Source: Octopus sinensis (Eukaryota). Taken from it: a stretch of 64,000 nt of DNA. Under the pieces are notes generated by a model, which had not been told where the DNA came from, ran no database searches, and saw nothing but the letters and a program-made list of their open reading frames with translations. The stretch spans positions 79,980,001 to 80,044,000 of the forward strand of contig NC_043001.1 of the NCBI RefSeq assembly GCF_006345805.1, in the 5' to 3' direction. The position numbers and the translations under genes were made by a program. Positions 26,255-39,049 of this stretch are shown here, piece after piece. Numbering within the stretch: position 1 is the first letter of the stretch; the number at the start of each line of letters is the position of its first letter.

Positions 26255-26414
26255 TACAGGGTAATGTTTTTTAAATTTTCTCCTGTTTACGGAATTGACT
26301 TTTATTTGCGGTTGAAGCTTTGGCTGTTATTTCTAGTGGGTGAATGGCCTATTATGGCCGTTCCTTGATTGTTGATATATATATATATATATATACATAA
26401 TATAAATATATGCA

Positions 26415-26632
26415 TACATGCATACATACATATATGTACATACCTACATATATATATACATATACATGCATATATGGGTACAGGACATCGAAAAAAACTT
26501 GAACATGAGCAACGAAAACTTAAAAAGAAAAACATAGAAACAAACTTTTTTTCGAACAACGAGACATGCATCATAAAGAATATTCTCCTTCTTCAGTTGT
26601 CTCTCTTTCATCTACTCCTCGTTTCGAAGGCA
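26415..26632 (-). mobile_element. Short dispersed repeat (possible PLE tail); homolog at 57195-57400
   Basis: catgcatatatgg.tacaggacat..aaaaaa.ttgaaca...gaatatt..ccttcttcagttgt...tctactcc.cgtttcgaa is shared by both copies. Confidence 0.65.
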
Positions 26633-26899
26633 TATATATGTGTGTTTGTGTATGTGTGTGTATTTATGTATGTATGTATATACATATATATATACATATA
26701 TATACACACGTGCACGTATACACACACATACACACACATAATGGTTTTCTTTTTCGAGCTCGATATAATTGAAAATACATGCGTCGTATTTTCATTGATG
26801 TTTTTGTGAGTTTATTATTTTTTCTGTCATATCTCTTCACTTGTATTTAATGATAATAATATTTTAATAATAATAGCTTGATAATAATATCTTAAAGTT

Positions 26900-27800
26900 T
26901 TGTGAACCTTGTAGAGATCATCTTCGGAATTAAGTAGATTATAATCGAGTTGATTATCACAACATTCCAGAACTAAGCGAGAAGTGTCATTGGAATAATG
27001 TTGTAACCCGATAAAATACTCATCGTAGGGTTTTCAATATTTAACCGATAATCGAATTATTTCCGAGACTACTAACAATTCTTTGTTTAAGTCTAGGACG
27101 CTATAAACGTGTATAATTTTTATTTATATTTTCCAATCAGTAAATCCTCCATAGCAAATCTTCAACTTGTGTGAAGAATTCCATTTGATGGTAATGTTAT
27201 CAAGTTAATATTTTGTTATTATCGTCTATTCTTTTGTGTATTCAATTGTCAAATGCAACATCGACGCCTCGTTATATACACATCACCAACCGGTGGGTAA
27301 TTATCTTACTTGTACATTCGATATAATAGTTTACGTTATGAAATTGCCAGTGTTAATGCTTACGCTAAAATTCCCATACATTGGTTATCTAATGTACATT
27401 ATCCTGCAGCTTTCAGATTTTTGTTCTTTGGTTGACGATAACGTCTATTTTTCAGAATAGTTTATTTTATATATAATGGATTCTATCGATGATTTCGACC
27501 TATGAATGTTCAACAGTCATAGCTATTAGACTACCTACAGAGATAATTTGTTTTCAACGGTGAATAGTTGTGTAGGACGAGCCGCATTTTCTTGGAAATG
27601 CTAAGAACAAAAAGTTAGTGGAAATGTTTCTCACAAATTCAATACAGAATTTAATTCAGGTTTTTCTATTAAAGTTTGCCATCTCTTGGGTTAGTTGCCT
27701 TCGCTACAGCATAGAGTATATTCTACTTTGGTAGACTAAATACGCACCTGGGTATGCATTTAACCGACCCCTTGAATGAAGGGGTGCTATAAGTGTTATA
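26900..27800 (-). pseudogene. Possible very decayed PLE reverse-transcriptase remnant
   Basis: Only weak residual motifs (QCMGILA ~ GxAMG; RGVDVAF ~ RYVDDIF) with many stops; by-eye inference. Confidence 0.25.
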
Positions 27801-27849
27801 TGAGATCCTCTTACAGCGCAGCGTGCCTGGTTTTTAATAGTGTGTAATG

Positions 27850-28385
27850 AAAAGGGAGAGAGTTAGAGCGAAACAGAGAGAAATACAAACAGGGACAGAG
27901 ATTGGTAGAGACGGAAAGGCAGAGAAATGGATATTGGTAGAGAAATAGAGAGAGAAGAAAATAACAACGGGTGAGACAGAGAAAGAGAATAGAGAGAGAG
28001 AGAGATTGACAGAGACAGAGATACAGAGTTTGATAGATAGACAGATTGACAGAGACATAGAGAGAGAAAGAGGCAGTCGGTGACAAGCAGAGACAGAGAG
28101 AGAAAGAGACAGACAGAGACAGACAGCGAGACAAAGACAGAGAGAGAGACGGTGACAGACAGACTCACAGTGAAAAAGATAGAGAGTTACAACGGGAGAG
28201 ACAGAGGAAGAGACAGAGACAAACAAGAACATAAAAAGAGAGAGAAAGATATTGAGAGAGACATAGAGAGAGACAGAGAAAGACACAGAAAGAGACAGAC
28301 AGAGACGCAGAGAAACAGATATTGACAGAGAGAGATAAAGAGAGAATGTGTCTGTGTGTGTATGTGAGAGAGAGAGAGAGAGAGG
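27850..28385. repeat. Degenerate (GA)n/(GACA)n tract
   Basis: Direct inspection. Confidence 0.9.
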
Positions 28386-29311
28386 GTGGAGAACAGGGTT
28401 GAAGGAACAAGAAAGGAAAATTGAGCTCCAATACTTGACTACCATTTAATTTATCGATCTCGCAAGACGAATTTGGCCACAGCGGGATCTGAACTCTGTA
28501 CGCAAGCAGCTAGAACATTTACCGCAAGGAATTTATCCGACGCTCTAATGATTCTTGCAATCAAACGTCTCTTGATGTACTACTATGTCTTGAAAAATTA
28601 AACTGGATGGTCATGATTGGTATACATTTAATTATTGACCTGTTGAATAACTGCTTAACTTGAGATAAATAAGAACAAGAAAATGCATTAATTTCGAAAA
28701 ATAACAATTCGTATACAATAGCAGAAAATTTTAAATCGACTTCACCCCATTTAACGTAAACGAGGAACACACAAACAGACAAACATACAAAATAATTAAA
28801 GTAATAACGACAAGAAAAATTCCATTAATTATACATGAGTAATTAATAGGCAAAAAAACTAATTGGTCTCTTGATATAGTTTCTACATTTGCACAAGTTC
28901 TTTTTCCTATATTTTTCTTTCGTGTTCAATAGCAACTAGCACACATTACACCAGTATCATTTTCATTACAGATTTTAACAAAATGCGTCGCATTGTTCTC
29001 GTATTCTTTTCGTTCTTCGTCGTTGTAACGTTCTGGTTGTTGTTGTTGTTGTTGTGGTAGGCGTCGTCGTGGTCGTCGTTGTTGTGTTTGTCGTTAAAAT
29101 TGTGCTGATTGTTGGTGGCTGGTGGTTGGTAGCGGTGTTGATCAAGATGGTGACGTTCTGTACTTATTATTATTATTATTATTATTGTTTCTTCCTGCTA
29201 CCGTATTTCTCGTTGATATTGCTGTTGTTTTTCGTATTTCTTATTCTCTATATTGTTTACATATATGTGTGTATGTATATATACACATGTATATATATAT
29301 ATTATGCATAT

Positions 29312-29345
<34 letters not shown>

Positions 29346-29347
29346 GC

Positions 29348-29472
<125 letters not shown>

Positions 29473-30047
29473 TATATTATATATATATATATTGATTCTT
29501 AATTGCTGTTAACAACTTTAGTGAAAGTAAATACATAGAATCGAATTCTTAAAAAGAGAAAATCTTTCCTTGCTAATTTTTCTAATTATGTGTTTGTTGA
29601 AGAGTAATTAGACTTCAGGAAGAGAAAGTAGTAATTGTGCAACCGAGACGAAGGAGAGAGGGGGGAGAGGGGAGAGAAGGAAGAATAAAAACACAGTGAG
29701 AGAGCGAGCGCAACACAGGCCGATGCATTCACACACATGTATAAATACATGTATATAAGCATTGACATGATCACGAAGTTAACAAGGATGCACAAACACT
29801 CTCACACACACACACACATAAACATCTGCATATGTGTGTGTGTATGTATATGATATATGTATAGACATATGAGTATAATTAATAAAAGAATTAATGTATT
29901 GGTATCATATTTATTACACAGTTACAATAATTTCAGTAATAGATGGATTCGATAAGTCATTTAACATGTTGGAATTAATGTAAACAATAATTGTATAATG
30001 ACATCAAGGAATTTTACACATCCTCTTTCGCAAATTATAGAAGCGTA

Positions 30048-30105
<58 letters not shown>

Positions 30106-30490
30106 AGGTAAATTTAGATTTAGTAGGGTATATAATACCACTTGCTAAACTCAGAGCCAATGCTCCAAAAACCACCATAATCTCACGATAAAGATACACA
30201 CGGACAATACAATGAACATATGAGTAATAAGCTTACCTTTGCGTTGAATACATCAACGCACACACGAGCTAATGTAGCGAATATTTCAGAAATATATGCG
30301 AAGCGTGAAATCAATTGATATTGAAATATACATTACTTACTGATGTGTTCAACGCAAAGGTAAGCCTATTTCTCATATGTTCATTGCATGGCTCGTGTGT
30401 ATCTTTATCGTGAGTTTATGGTGGTTTTTGGACCATTTGCTCTGATTTTAGCAAGTGGTATTATATACCCTACTGAATCTAAATTTACCT
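30106..30490. mobile_element. Foldback MITE with ~150-bp TIRs and TA target-site duplication (Tc1/mariner-type)
   Basis: aggtaaatttagatttagtagggtatataataccacttgctaaa ... tttagcaagtggtattatataccctactgaatctaaatttacct. Arms ~30106-30255 and 30341-30490; TA at 30104-30105 and 30491-30492. Confidence 0.9.
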
Positions 30491-31099
30491 TATAATGTGC
30501 CTGTAACGGCGTGAACTTGCTAGGCACCTTATTATTACATTATTAATACTATTATTAAAGGCAATAATACTTCTTCATATATGTGTGGGGGTTGATTAAT
30601 GAGAGAGACGAAAGATGGAAGATACGAGCATGTTTATTGTTCACTACAATTGTTTCAACACATCGAGCATCGGTCCCTCTCAGGTGGAATACTGAGCATC
30701 TGGTTTAAGTGTAACCATCGATGTAGATGTGTCTTTTCAGGTGATTACAATTTGTATTTCATTAAGATATCGTATGTTCCGCAACATTTTTTTCTCGATA
30801 TGTGTATACAAAAGCAGCAAATTAAGGGATACAGGTTCATTATTGCATACGCTCAATAAAAAATATCAGATGCCTAAAGAAACAAATACACAATACAGCA
30901 AAAAAGTATTAATATACTGGTGGAGGTGGAGTGGCGGAGTTGATCCAGATAGATGTATGTATGCATGAATGTATGTATGAATGTATGTATGTACTACGTA
31001 TGTATGTATGTTTATATGTATGTCTGTTCTCTTCTGTTTTTAATTACTTAAATTCTTCCTCTGATGCAGGAGCTGGTTTCTAACGTAGATAGAAAGCTC

Positions 31100-33060
31100 C
31101 ATTTTTGGAATGTAGATAATAAAAACAATGTGACATTTCGAAATGAGAAAAGTCAAGCATATTTTTACTGTAACACTTACAGATTGTATTTATCAAATGC
31201 GAGTCAGCAGGCTGATTTCTTTTTGTGAAAACGCTAGGTAATCCAGTTTTTCGCTTAGGCATTTACTAACAAATGTAAGTTGCACCAAATGTGTAAAAGT
31301 GAAATTATATTCTGGACACAGAGGCTGAAGATTTGCTAGCAGTTGTTCATAATTGTCCTCTTTCTCTTCATTTTCAAAGAGATATTCACATCGGCATGAC
31401 AGCTGACTTCAATGACAGTTCTTTTTCTTGACTGTCCCTAAGAACAATATCCAGCCTGTTATGTTTACACATGGCAGATGTTTTGACGGGAATGTTCCCC
31501 CAATATCTCTTCTGTTGATGTTATTGTATGTATTCACTAACAATTAAGATTTCTATATTATTCCAGGACAGTTATTTTTTCCGAATGGCATTGTATATTG
31601 TTTTTGGGACATCGTTATGCCGCGTAGGAAGGTAGTACCTTGATTACATTTTTTATCAGCTGCATGAATATCAGATAATCTACATTTTCAGTTGCCTCTT
31701 GGAGTTCTAATAGCTTCATTGCCTCTTTTGTCTAGCAGATATTTCGTAGCAATATCCTTTTCTTGGATTGCAGATGTAAATAAAGTGAAGAAATGCGGCC
31801 TTTTAAAGCCTAGTAAGGCTCATGGGCCCGATCTTCCGGTTTCTATGGCGTATGTGTTCCCCAGCTGGACGGGGCACCAGTCCATCGCAGCGTTGCTCAT
31901 TTTTGCCAGCTGAGTAGACTGGAGCAACGTAAAATTAAGTGTTTTGCTCAAGAACACAAAACGTCGCCCGGTCCAGGAATCGAAAGCACAATTTTACGAT
32001 CATGATGCTGACACCCTAACCACTAAGCAACGCGCCTCCACGGATTGCAGATGTATAGCCTTCAAAGTGTGATGTGATGTTGCGGTAATGAGTCCAAGAG
32101 AGGCTACGCTTCAAGTCGATGTTACTGTCTTCTTCAAGTCTTCGGGAAACATATTAATGTACGGTTTTCTTTTGATATGCTAAGCACTTCTTTGATGTAT
32201 GCCTTCCAGTTGTTTTGGGTTTTAAAGTAGCTCATCAGGAAGAGAGTGCTTCCTGAGTAGCTTCCTGCAGGTACGTAGGATATAATGCGATTCACTTTCA
32301 GCATTAATTATCGTATTTATTTTTGCTACTGTCGTTTGGGAAGTGCAGTCTCAGAGAGAGACTATACGACATTCGAATTATGGATTCAACGCCATAATGA
32401 ACAGAATTACAGAAATAACATCTCTTTAGAATGTTCCCTTTGAAACGTTTCTAATATTACAGACGATCGATCTTCTCTCAGGTCTAAGTGTAAGAATTGT
32501 TGGCCAGGTCATTGTGAGCCTCTCAATGACAACAAATAAGGTAGCAGACACTTTTGCTAGATGTAGCCACTTCAGCAACCATGAGTGGGGACTAGAATCG
32601 AACGCCTTCCTATAATCAAGACATACTGTTGCAAGTCTCCTACGGTGTTTTTCACTTCAGACAATACAGCTTTGTTTACCATGAGTTATTCGGCACGTAC
32701 CCACATTCCCTTCTTTCCTCCTGCCTGCTCTCAGTTACTGTATCGCTGGACTCACCATGATTCTGGAGGAATTGGTTTAGGCTGTTTGTGCGTTATTTAT
32801 GGAATGGCCCGATAGTTTTCCTCCAAATCAGTGGTTTCATTGTTAGCTACAAGATTTGTCCGTGCTATAGCAAGCCAAATTGGTATGTAAATGTGATCTT
32901 GCACATTACTGTTGAATATATATATTGGTGATTTTCGATAAAATGGCAGTCTCTTGCACCAAGATGCAACAATTAGGTCTCTCCCAGGTGCTTTCCCATT
33001 ATGCAGTTTACCTACAGCTTTGATGAAAGTTTCCGGGTCAATTGCATGTTACGTTTCTCT
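31100..33060 (-). mobile_element. RLE-type (R4-related) LINE remnant, internally deleted and interrupted by a SINE
   Basis: GKAPGRDLIVASWCK...WLAIARTNL...NYRAI (RT start), SHFEGYTSAIQ, KCRL...RYYLPTRHNDV, and KHNRLDIV...IEVSCHADVNI...EDNY..L (RLE). Confidence 0.8.
31779..32041 (-). mobile_element. tRNA-derived SINE with CORE-like central domain and 14-bp TSD
   Basis: Reverse-complement head gtggaggcgcgttgcttagtggttagg...ttcgattcc (A/B boxes), then ttgagcaaaacacttaatttt...ctactcagctg. TSD GGATTGCAGATGTA at 31765-31778 and 32042-32055. Confidence 0.9.
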
Positions 33061-33510
33061 CTTCTCTACTTTCAAAACGGTTCGTTTTTTTAAAGTTCGT
33101 TTTTTTTTCTTTCCGTTTCCAGTCCTATAGGACATTTTCCTTGTGTTACATATATATCCATCTCATCTTAAAGCCGCAAGGCCTTATTTTGTTTGTATAA
33201 TGTAAGTTCATTTTATTTTGTTTGCATATTCACATTTTGTCGTGTTTGTTTTCGTTACTGTCCCCTGTTCGGTAAATATTCCCAGTAGCTTCTAGCCGCT
33301 GATGCCACCAAAAGTGAAGAATATTATCGTTAACGCGTGACAGTGTAAGGATCTTATGGACGATAACTGATGAGGAATTAGCTGCATCCTCTCTTGTGTG
33401 TGAATTTTTCATTTGTTCATGTTTCTGTTCAAATTTTGGAAGTACATGTGAGTGTGTGTGCGTATGTGTGCGTGTGTGTGCGCACATGCGTGTGTGTATG
33501 TGTGTATACA

Positions 33511-33750
33511 GGTACAGGCGTGGCTGTGTGGTAAGCAGCTTGCTTGCCAATTACATGGTTCTGGGTTCAGTCCCACTGCATAGCACATTGGGTAAGTGTC
33601 TTTTACTTTAACTTAGGGCCGACCAAAGATTTGTGAGTGGATTTTAAGAAAAAGTAAAAAATAAGTACTGGAGTCGATTCATTTAACTAAAGTCCTTTAA
33701 GGTGATTCTCCAGCATGGCCCTAGTCTAATGACCAAACAATTAAGAGATA
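33511..33750 (+). mobile_element. tRNA-derived SINE (family of 13603)
   Basis: ggtacaggcgtggctgtgtggtaagcagcttgcttgccaattacatggttctgggttcagtccc... Confidence 0.8.
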
Positions 33751-34289
33751 AATCATTTATATTATATCCAGTTTATTTTGTATTTAAGACACTAAGGTAC
33801 AGCTAAAATAATTCTTCGTCGCTATTTCTAGGAAATTAAGAGTCCGCATTGAGACTACTTTACAATACCCAGATGGTATACAGAACTCACTATAACAGAC
33901 AAGTAAGAATCTATAATTGATTGAATCGAACCCTGTTAAATTACTGGAACATTATTAATTCTGCATGAGTGAAATACAAATTTCTCTCTGTGGAGATTTC
34001 AATTGGAATATCGCCGAAACAATGGGATTCATGTAGAGAATTTAGATCGGTTCCATGATTTCTTCAACAACTGACCGTCCTCAGTAGGGATAATCTATGA
34101 TTATTATGAAATTCGGTGGATTATATATAAGTTGAATGTAACTTTATGCTTAGCTTTACGTCTTATGTGTAATGCATACAAATTAAATGTGTTTACGACA
34201 TTATACGTTACAGATTCCTTTGGGCTTATCTAGTAGTTGTAACGTTTAATGATACAGAGTTCGGACAACAATTTATTTCATTATTAATA

Positions 34290-35090
34290 TTATGGTTTTA
34301 ACAAAGGCTGTGAGCTGGTGGAATTGCTAGCACATCGGACACAACGCTTACTGGCATTTTGTCCGTCTTTATGTTTTGAGTTCAAATTCCGCTGATGTCG
34401 ATTTCGCCTTTCTTCGTTTCGGGGTCAATATAATATATACCAGTTAAGAACTGGGGTCGATGTAATCGACATGACCTCCACCCTCACCCGAAATTGCTGG
34501 CCTTGTGCCAAACTTTGAAATCAATAATGCAGTATTTTGACAACAGTTTATTTTATTGTTAATATTATGGTTTCTAACAAAGGCTGTGAACTGGCAGAAT
34601 CGTTAGCACACTGCACACAAACAAGGCTTATTGGCATTTCGCCGAAGTCGACTATGCCTTTCAGCTTTTCGAGATCGATGAAATAAGTAGATTGAGAACT
34701 AGGGTCGATATAATGGGCTTATCCCCTCCCCTGAACTTGCTGCCCAAAATCTGAGATCAGTATTAAGGTTTTAACAAAGGCTGTGAGCTGGCAGAATCGC
34801 TAAGACCTCAGAAAAAATACCGGCATTTCGTCCGTCTTTACGTTCTGAGTTCAAATTCTCTCGGGGTCCAACTTGCCTTTCATCGTTTCGGGGTCAACAA
34901 ATATATACCAATTGAGCACTGGGGTCAGTATAATCGACTTACCCTCTCCTCTAACATTTCTGGGCCTGTGCCAAAATGTGAAACCAATTTTATGGTTTTA
35001 ACAAAGGGCGGCAAGCTAACAGAATCGTTTGCACGCCAGAAGAAAAATACTTATCGGCATTTCGTTCATCTCTATGTTCTGAGTACAAAT
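34290..35090 (+). mobile_element. Head-to-tail cluster of four diverged SINE copies (family of 2196-2431)
   Basis: Each copy is preceded by ta(t/a)ggttt(c)taacaaagg at ~34291, 34566, 34764 and 34991. Confidence 0.75.
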
Positions 35091-35094
35091 TCCA

Positions 35095-35667
35095 TCGATG
35101 TCGACAATCCTACTTGTTTGGCTGTTACTGTAAAGCACGATGTTGGATTTGTGGTGATTTGGGCAGTCATTTTACAGCATTCCCTTGGTTCTTTAGTTAT
35201 TCTACGCGACGGAGTTAGTGCCAAGGTTTATCTGAGTATTTTGGCTGATCATCACTTTTGTCTTTGGTACTAAAATTGTTTCCTCTTCTCAGCGCAATAA
35301 TCTAGGAAGAGAATAAGTGATTCACGCGCAAACGTTATTTCAAATATCGTACAAAGTGTACAAATGTGAAGAAGTAGACTATTTGAAATGATTTCCCAAA
35401 TTACCGGATGTCATTATAAACAGAAATTTATTGTGCATTTGGTGCTGCAAGCGAGAAACAACTTCCCTCACCAAATTCCTCTGAAAGAACTAAAGTAGAT
35501 TATACGTGAAGAATGGCTCAAAATCTTCCTAATGATAGTTCAGAGACTATAAGAACCAATTCTTTAACGCATCAATGGTGTGATTGACGCCAAAGTGGAA
35601 TCAGCTCCGCATCAAACAATAAACTTCAAATTTAGCAATGGCTTTCAGTTACTTTGTCCCATCCGTG
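35095..35667 (+). mobile_element. Tc1-like transposon 3' remnant
   Basis: TVKHDVGFVVIWAVI (VKHGGGSVMVW-like), REEWLKI...RINGVIDAK (EEW..I...RI.AVI.AKG). Ends ...tttgtcccatccgtg+TA. Confidence 0.7.
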
Positions 35668-35777
35668 TATCTACACACGCAAACACACAAACACACACAC
35701 ACACACACACATACACACACACACATATACTGTTTGGGGGTGGGGTATGTATGCAGGTATAAATATCATAAGTGCGT

Positions 35778-35920
35778 ATTCTTTTATTCTTTTACTTGTC
35801 TCAGTCATTTTGACTGCGGCCATGCTGGAGCAGCGCCTTAAGGGGTTTGAGTCGATGAAATAAACCGTAGGACTTGATCCTTGTAAGCCTATTGCGTATT
35901 TTATCGGTCCCTAACTCGCC
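35778..35920 (-). mobile_element. SINE 3' fragment
   Basis: ttcttttattcttttacttgtctcagtcattttgactgcggccatgctggagc is the reverse complement of the common SINE tail. Confidence 0.75.
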
Positions 35921-36258
35921 GGTCTCTTTTTCGTGCACATTGGTACGCATGCGCACATGCATGCGAATATACATATGTACATATAAATGAATATGCATGC
36001 GTGTGAGTATGCGTGTATGTGTATGCATGTGCGCGTATGCGTGTGCGCGGGTGTGCGCATACGTGTTCATCCAAACGTGTGTGTATGTGTGTGAGTGTAC
36101 GTCTATGAGTGTGTGTGTAGACGTGCGCGTCCGCGCCCACGTAGAGATACGCACACTCACAACAATATACACATGCACGCAAAACTATATGAGTGCGTCT
36201 GCATACCCACATATACAAATATAGACTTGCACATGCCACCCCCTCCTACTTTCCTCAC

Positions 36259-36332
36259 CAACAATCTAACCGATTTCTAATCGCGGCGTTGTCTATTTCC
36301 TGTTCTCCACGTGGACAATTACTATTCGCCAT
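36259..36332 (-). CDS. Candidate first coding exon of an unidentified minus-strand gene
   Basis: ATG GCG ... MANSNCPRGEQEIDNAAIRNRLDC, then TG|GTGAGG donor (phase 2); lies in a CpG/CCAAT-rich island. Confidence 0.4.
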
Positions 36333-36339
36333 GAGGTAT

Positions 36340-36460
36340 TTTCAAACTAACGGTTACCAATATACCAATATCAAACGACGTGACCTTCATTGACCAATCG
36401 CAGCCCATCTTACGGTAATAACAATTAAGTTCTGTCATTCAAATTCAAAATGGCGAATGA
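36340..36460. promoter_or_regulatory. Promoter-like island, possibly bidirectional
   Basis: CCAAT at 36357, 36365 and 36394; ACGTGAC 36378-36384; Inr-like TCATTC 36435-36440; YY1-like CAAAATGGCG 36446-36455. Unique CpG-richer sequence between microsatellite deserts. Confidence 0.5.
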
Positions 36461-36607
36461 CTAGCATCACGCTCGATATTCAAGAGTACCAACGAATTTG
36501 AATTAAACTGTCTTCATCCATATATATAATATTATATATATAATATATACACATACATACATACATCTATTATAATATATATATACATATATATATGTAT
36601 ACATACA

Positions 36608-36643
<36 letters not shown>

Positions 36644-36926
36644 CACATACATACATACATCTATATATATATATATATATATACATATATATATGTATAC
36701 ATACATATATATATTATATATACATACTATATATATATAGAGAGAGAGATAGATAAGTAGAAAGATAGATATATATGTATATGTATATATAGCATTGTAT
36801 GTATGCATGTATATAAGCGTGATTGTGTATGTGCGTGTTTTTGTATATATACATATTATATGCATGCATGCATATAATTTGTATATATCTATATATTATA
36901 TATACACAAACACACAGTATACATAC

Positions 36927-36982
<56 letters not shown>

Positions 36983-37546
36983 ATAAATTACATGCGTAAA
37001 TACATACATATGTATGAGAATGTGTGTGCGTATAAATGTTAGAGCATATGTATATGTGAATATGTCTGTGTGAGCAAGTGAGTGTGAATATGTTTATGTC
37101 TGAAAGCACATATGCGTTTGTGAGTGTGTGTAAGTGTGATAATCTGTGTGCACGTGTGTTGTAGTTATAATTGAAAATAATTGAATATATGCTTCAGGTT
37201 ATCATAATGCAGGACATTTCACCTGTTACTCCGATCTATACTGATATATGAAATATATTTAACGCTGTCACTATCAATCTTATCTCGCCTAGAAACCTCA
37301 GAAATTTTAAACTAATTTCTCACCAGACACTGTTCGATAGCTTTATGTTTATTTTTAATTCTGTTTATTATACATCCATACACTTAGATATTTTGCTGTG
37401 CATCTTCCTGACAATCAGATATAGAAAAACTCGGAGACAGAGACACACGTAAAATATACACGGCAGCATATGGTACATACATACACAACCCGACATACAT
37501 ACAGGCACACGCCACACATACAAACATACTTACACACACACACACA

Positions 37547-37597
<51 letters not shown>

Positions 37598-37956
37598 ATA
37601 TATGTATGTAGATGGATAAATAGAAAGATGGATAGAGAGAGAGAAATAGGTGTCTAAACCTAATACATACATATAAACATAGATAGATACATGGATAGAT
37701 TGATAGATAGAGAGATAATCATAAATAGTTATATGCATTTATATTTACGTGTATATATATATGAATATATATACAACATATATATATATATATATATATA
37801 TTAGATATATATATAGATATAGATAATATATAGTATAAGTTTATATTATTTAAATATATATCAAAATTATAAAAAAAAGTATATTTATATACTTATATAG
37901 TACACATACGCTACGAACATATATAATTCTTATATACAGATATATATATAATATAT

Positions 37957-37987
<31 letters not shown>

Positions 37988-38314
37988 TATATATATAATA
38001 TATATATCTGCTGTATGTAGTAAATATGTATGCATACAAATACTTAAATGCATAACTATACATGCACACAATCGCACACATTCACACTCTCTATAAATAC
38101 ATATATACGTGTATGTGTGTGTGTATACACACACATGAATATCTAAATATACATTGATACGTACTTGTATATGTATGTATATATTCATATATCATACATG
38201 TCCATATAAACTTATATATACATGCATAACAAATGTAAAGAAGGTGAACAAGATGAAACGATGAGAGAAGAGAAAAGAAGAAGAAGAAGAAGGAGGAGGA
38301 AGAGGAAGAGAAGA

Positions 38315-38414
38315 NNNNNNNNNNNNNNNNNNNNNNNNNNNNNNNNNNNNNNNNNNNNNNNNNNNNNNNNNNNNNNNNNNNNNNNNNNNNNNNNNNNNNN
38401 NNNNNNNNNNNNNN
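38315..38414. other. Assembly gap (100 N)
   Basis: Run of N; the flanks 37336-38314 and 38415-~39390 are near-duplicates. Confidence 1.
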
Positions 38415-38631
38415 GATAGCTTTATTTTTATTTTTAATTCTGTTTATTATACATCCATACACTTAGATATTTTGCTGTGCATCTTCCTGACAATCAGATA
38501 TAGAAAACTCGGAGACAGAGACACACGTAAAATATACACGGCAGCATATGGTACATACATACACAACCCGACATACATACAGGACACGCCACATACAAAC
38601 ATCCTTACACACACACCACACACACACATAC

Positions 38632-38682
<51 letters not shown>

Positions 38683-38871
38683 TGTTGTAGATGGATAAAT
38701 AGAAAGATGGATAGAGAGAGAGAAATAGGTTCTATAAACCTATATACATACATATAACAGCAAAGGATAGATTGGCTAGATTGATAGATGAGAGATTCAT
38801 AAATAGTTAATATGCATTTATATTTACGTGTATATATATATGAATATATATACATACATATATATATATAT

Positions 38872-38902
<31 letters not shown>

Positions 38903-39015
38903 ATAAGATTAATTAATTTATATTATTTAAATATATATCAAAATTATAAAAAAAGTATATTTATATACTTATATCTGTACAATACGCTACGAACAATATA
39001 TATTCTTATATACAG

Positions 39016-39049
<34 letters not shown>

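Larger units (their letters stand above)
24715..26376 (+). repeat. Tandem array of ~483-489-bp units (about 3.4 copies) bounded by (TA)n; candidate retrozyme array 2
   Basis: Units start at 24715, 25204, 25686 and 26169 (agggcctatggaagattggc...). Copies are near-identical, and a hammerhead motif spans each unit junction. Confidence 0.95.

Noticed and set aside
24715-26376. CRISPR-like or satellite-only interpretation of the arrays
   Set aside because: There are no unique spacers, and the context is eukaryotic. A plain satellite would not explain a correctly ordered hammerhead in every unit.
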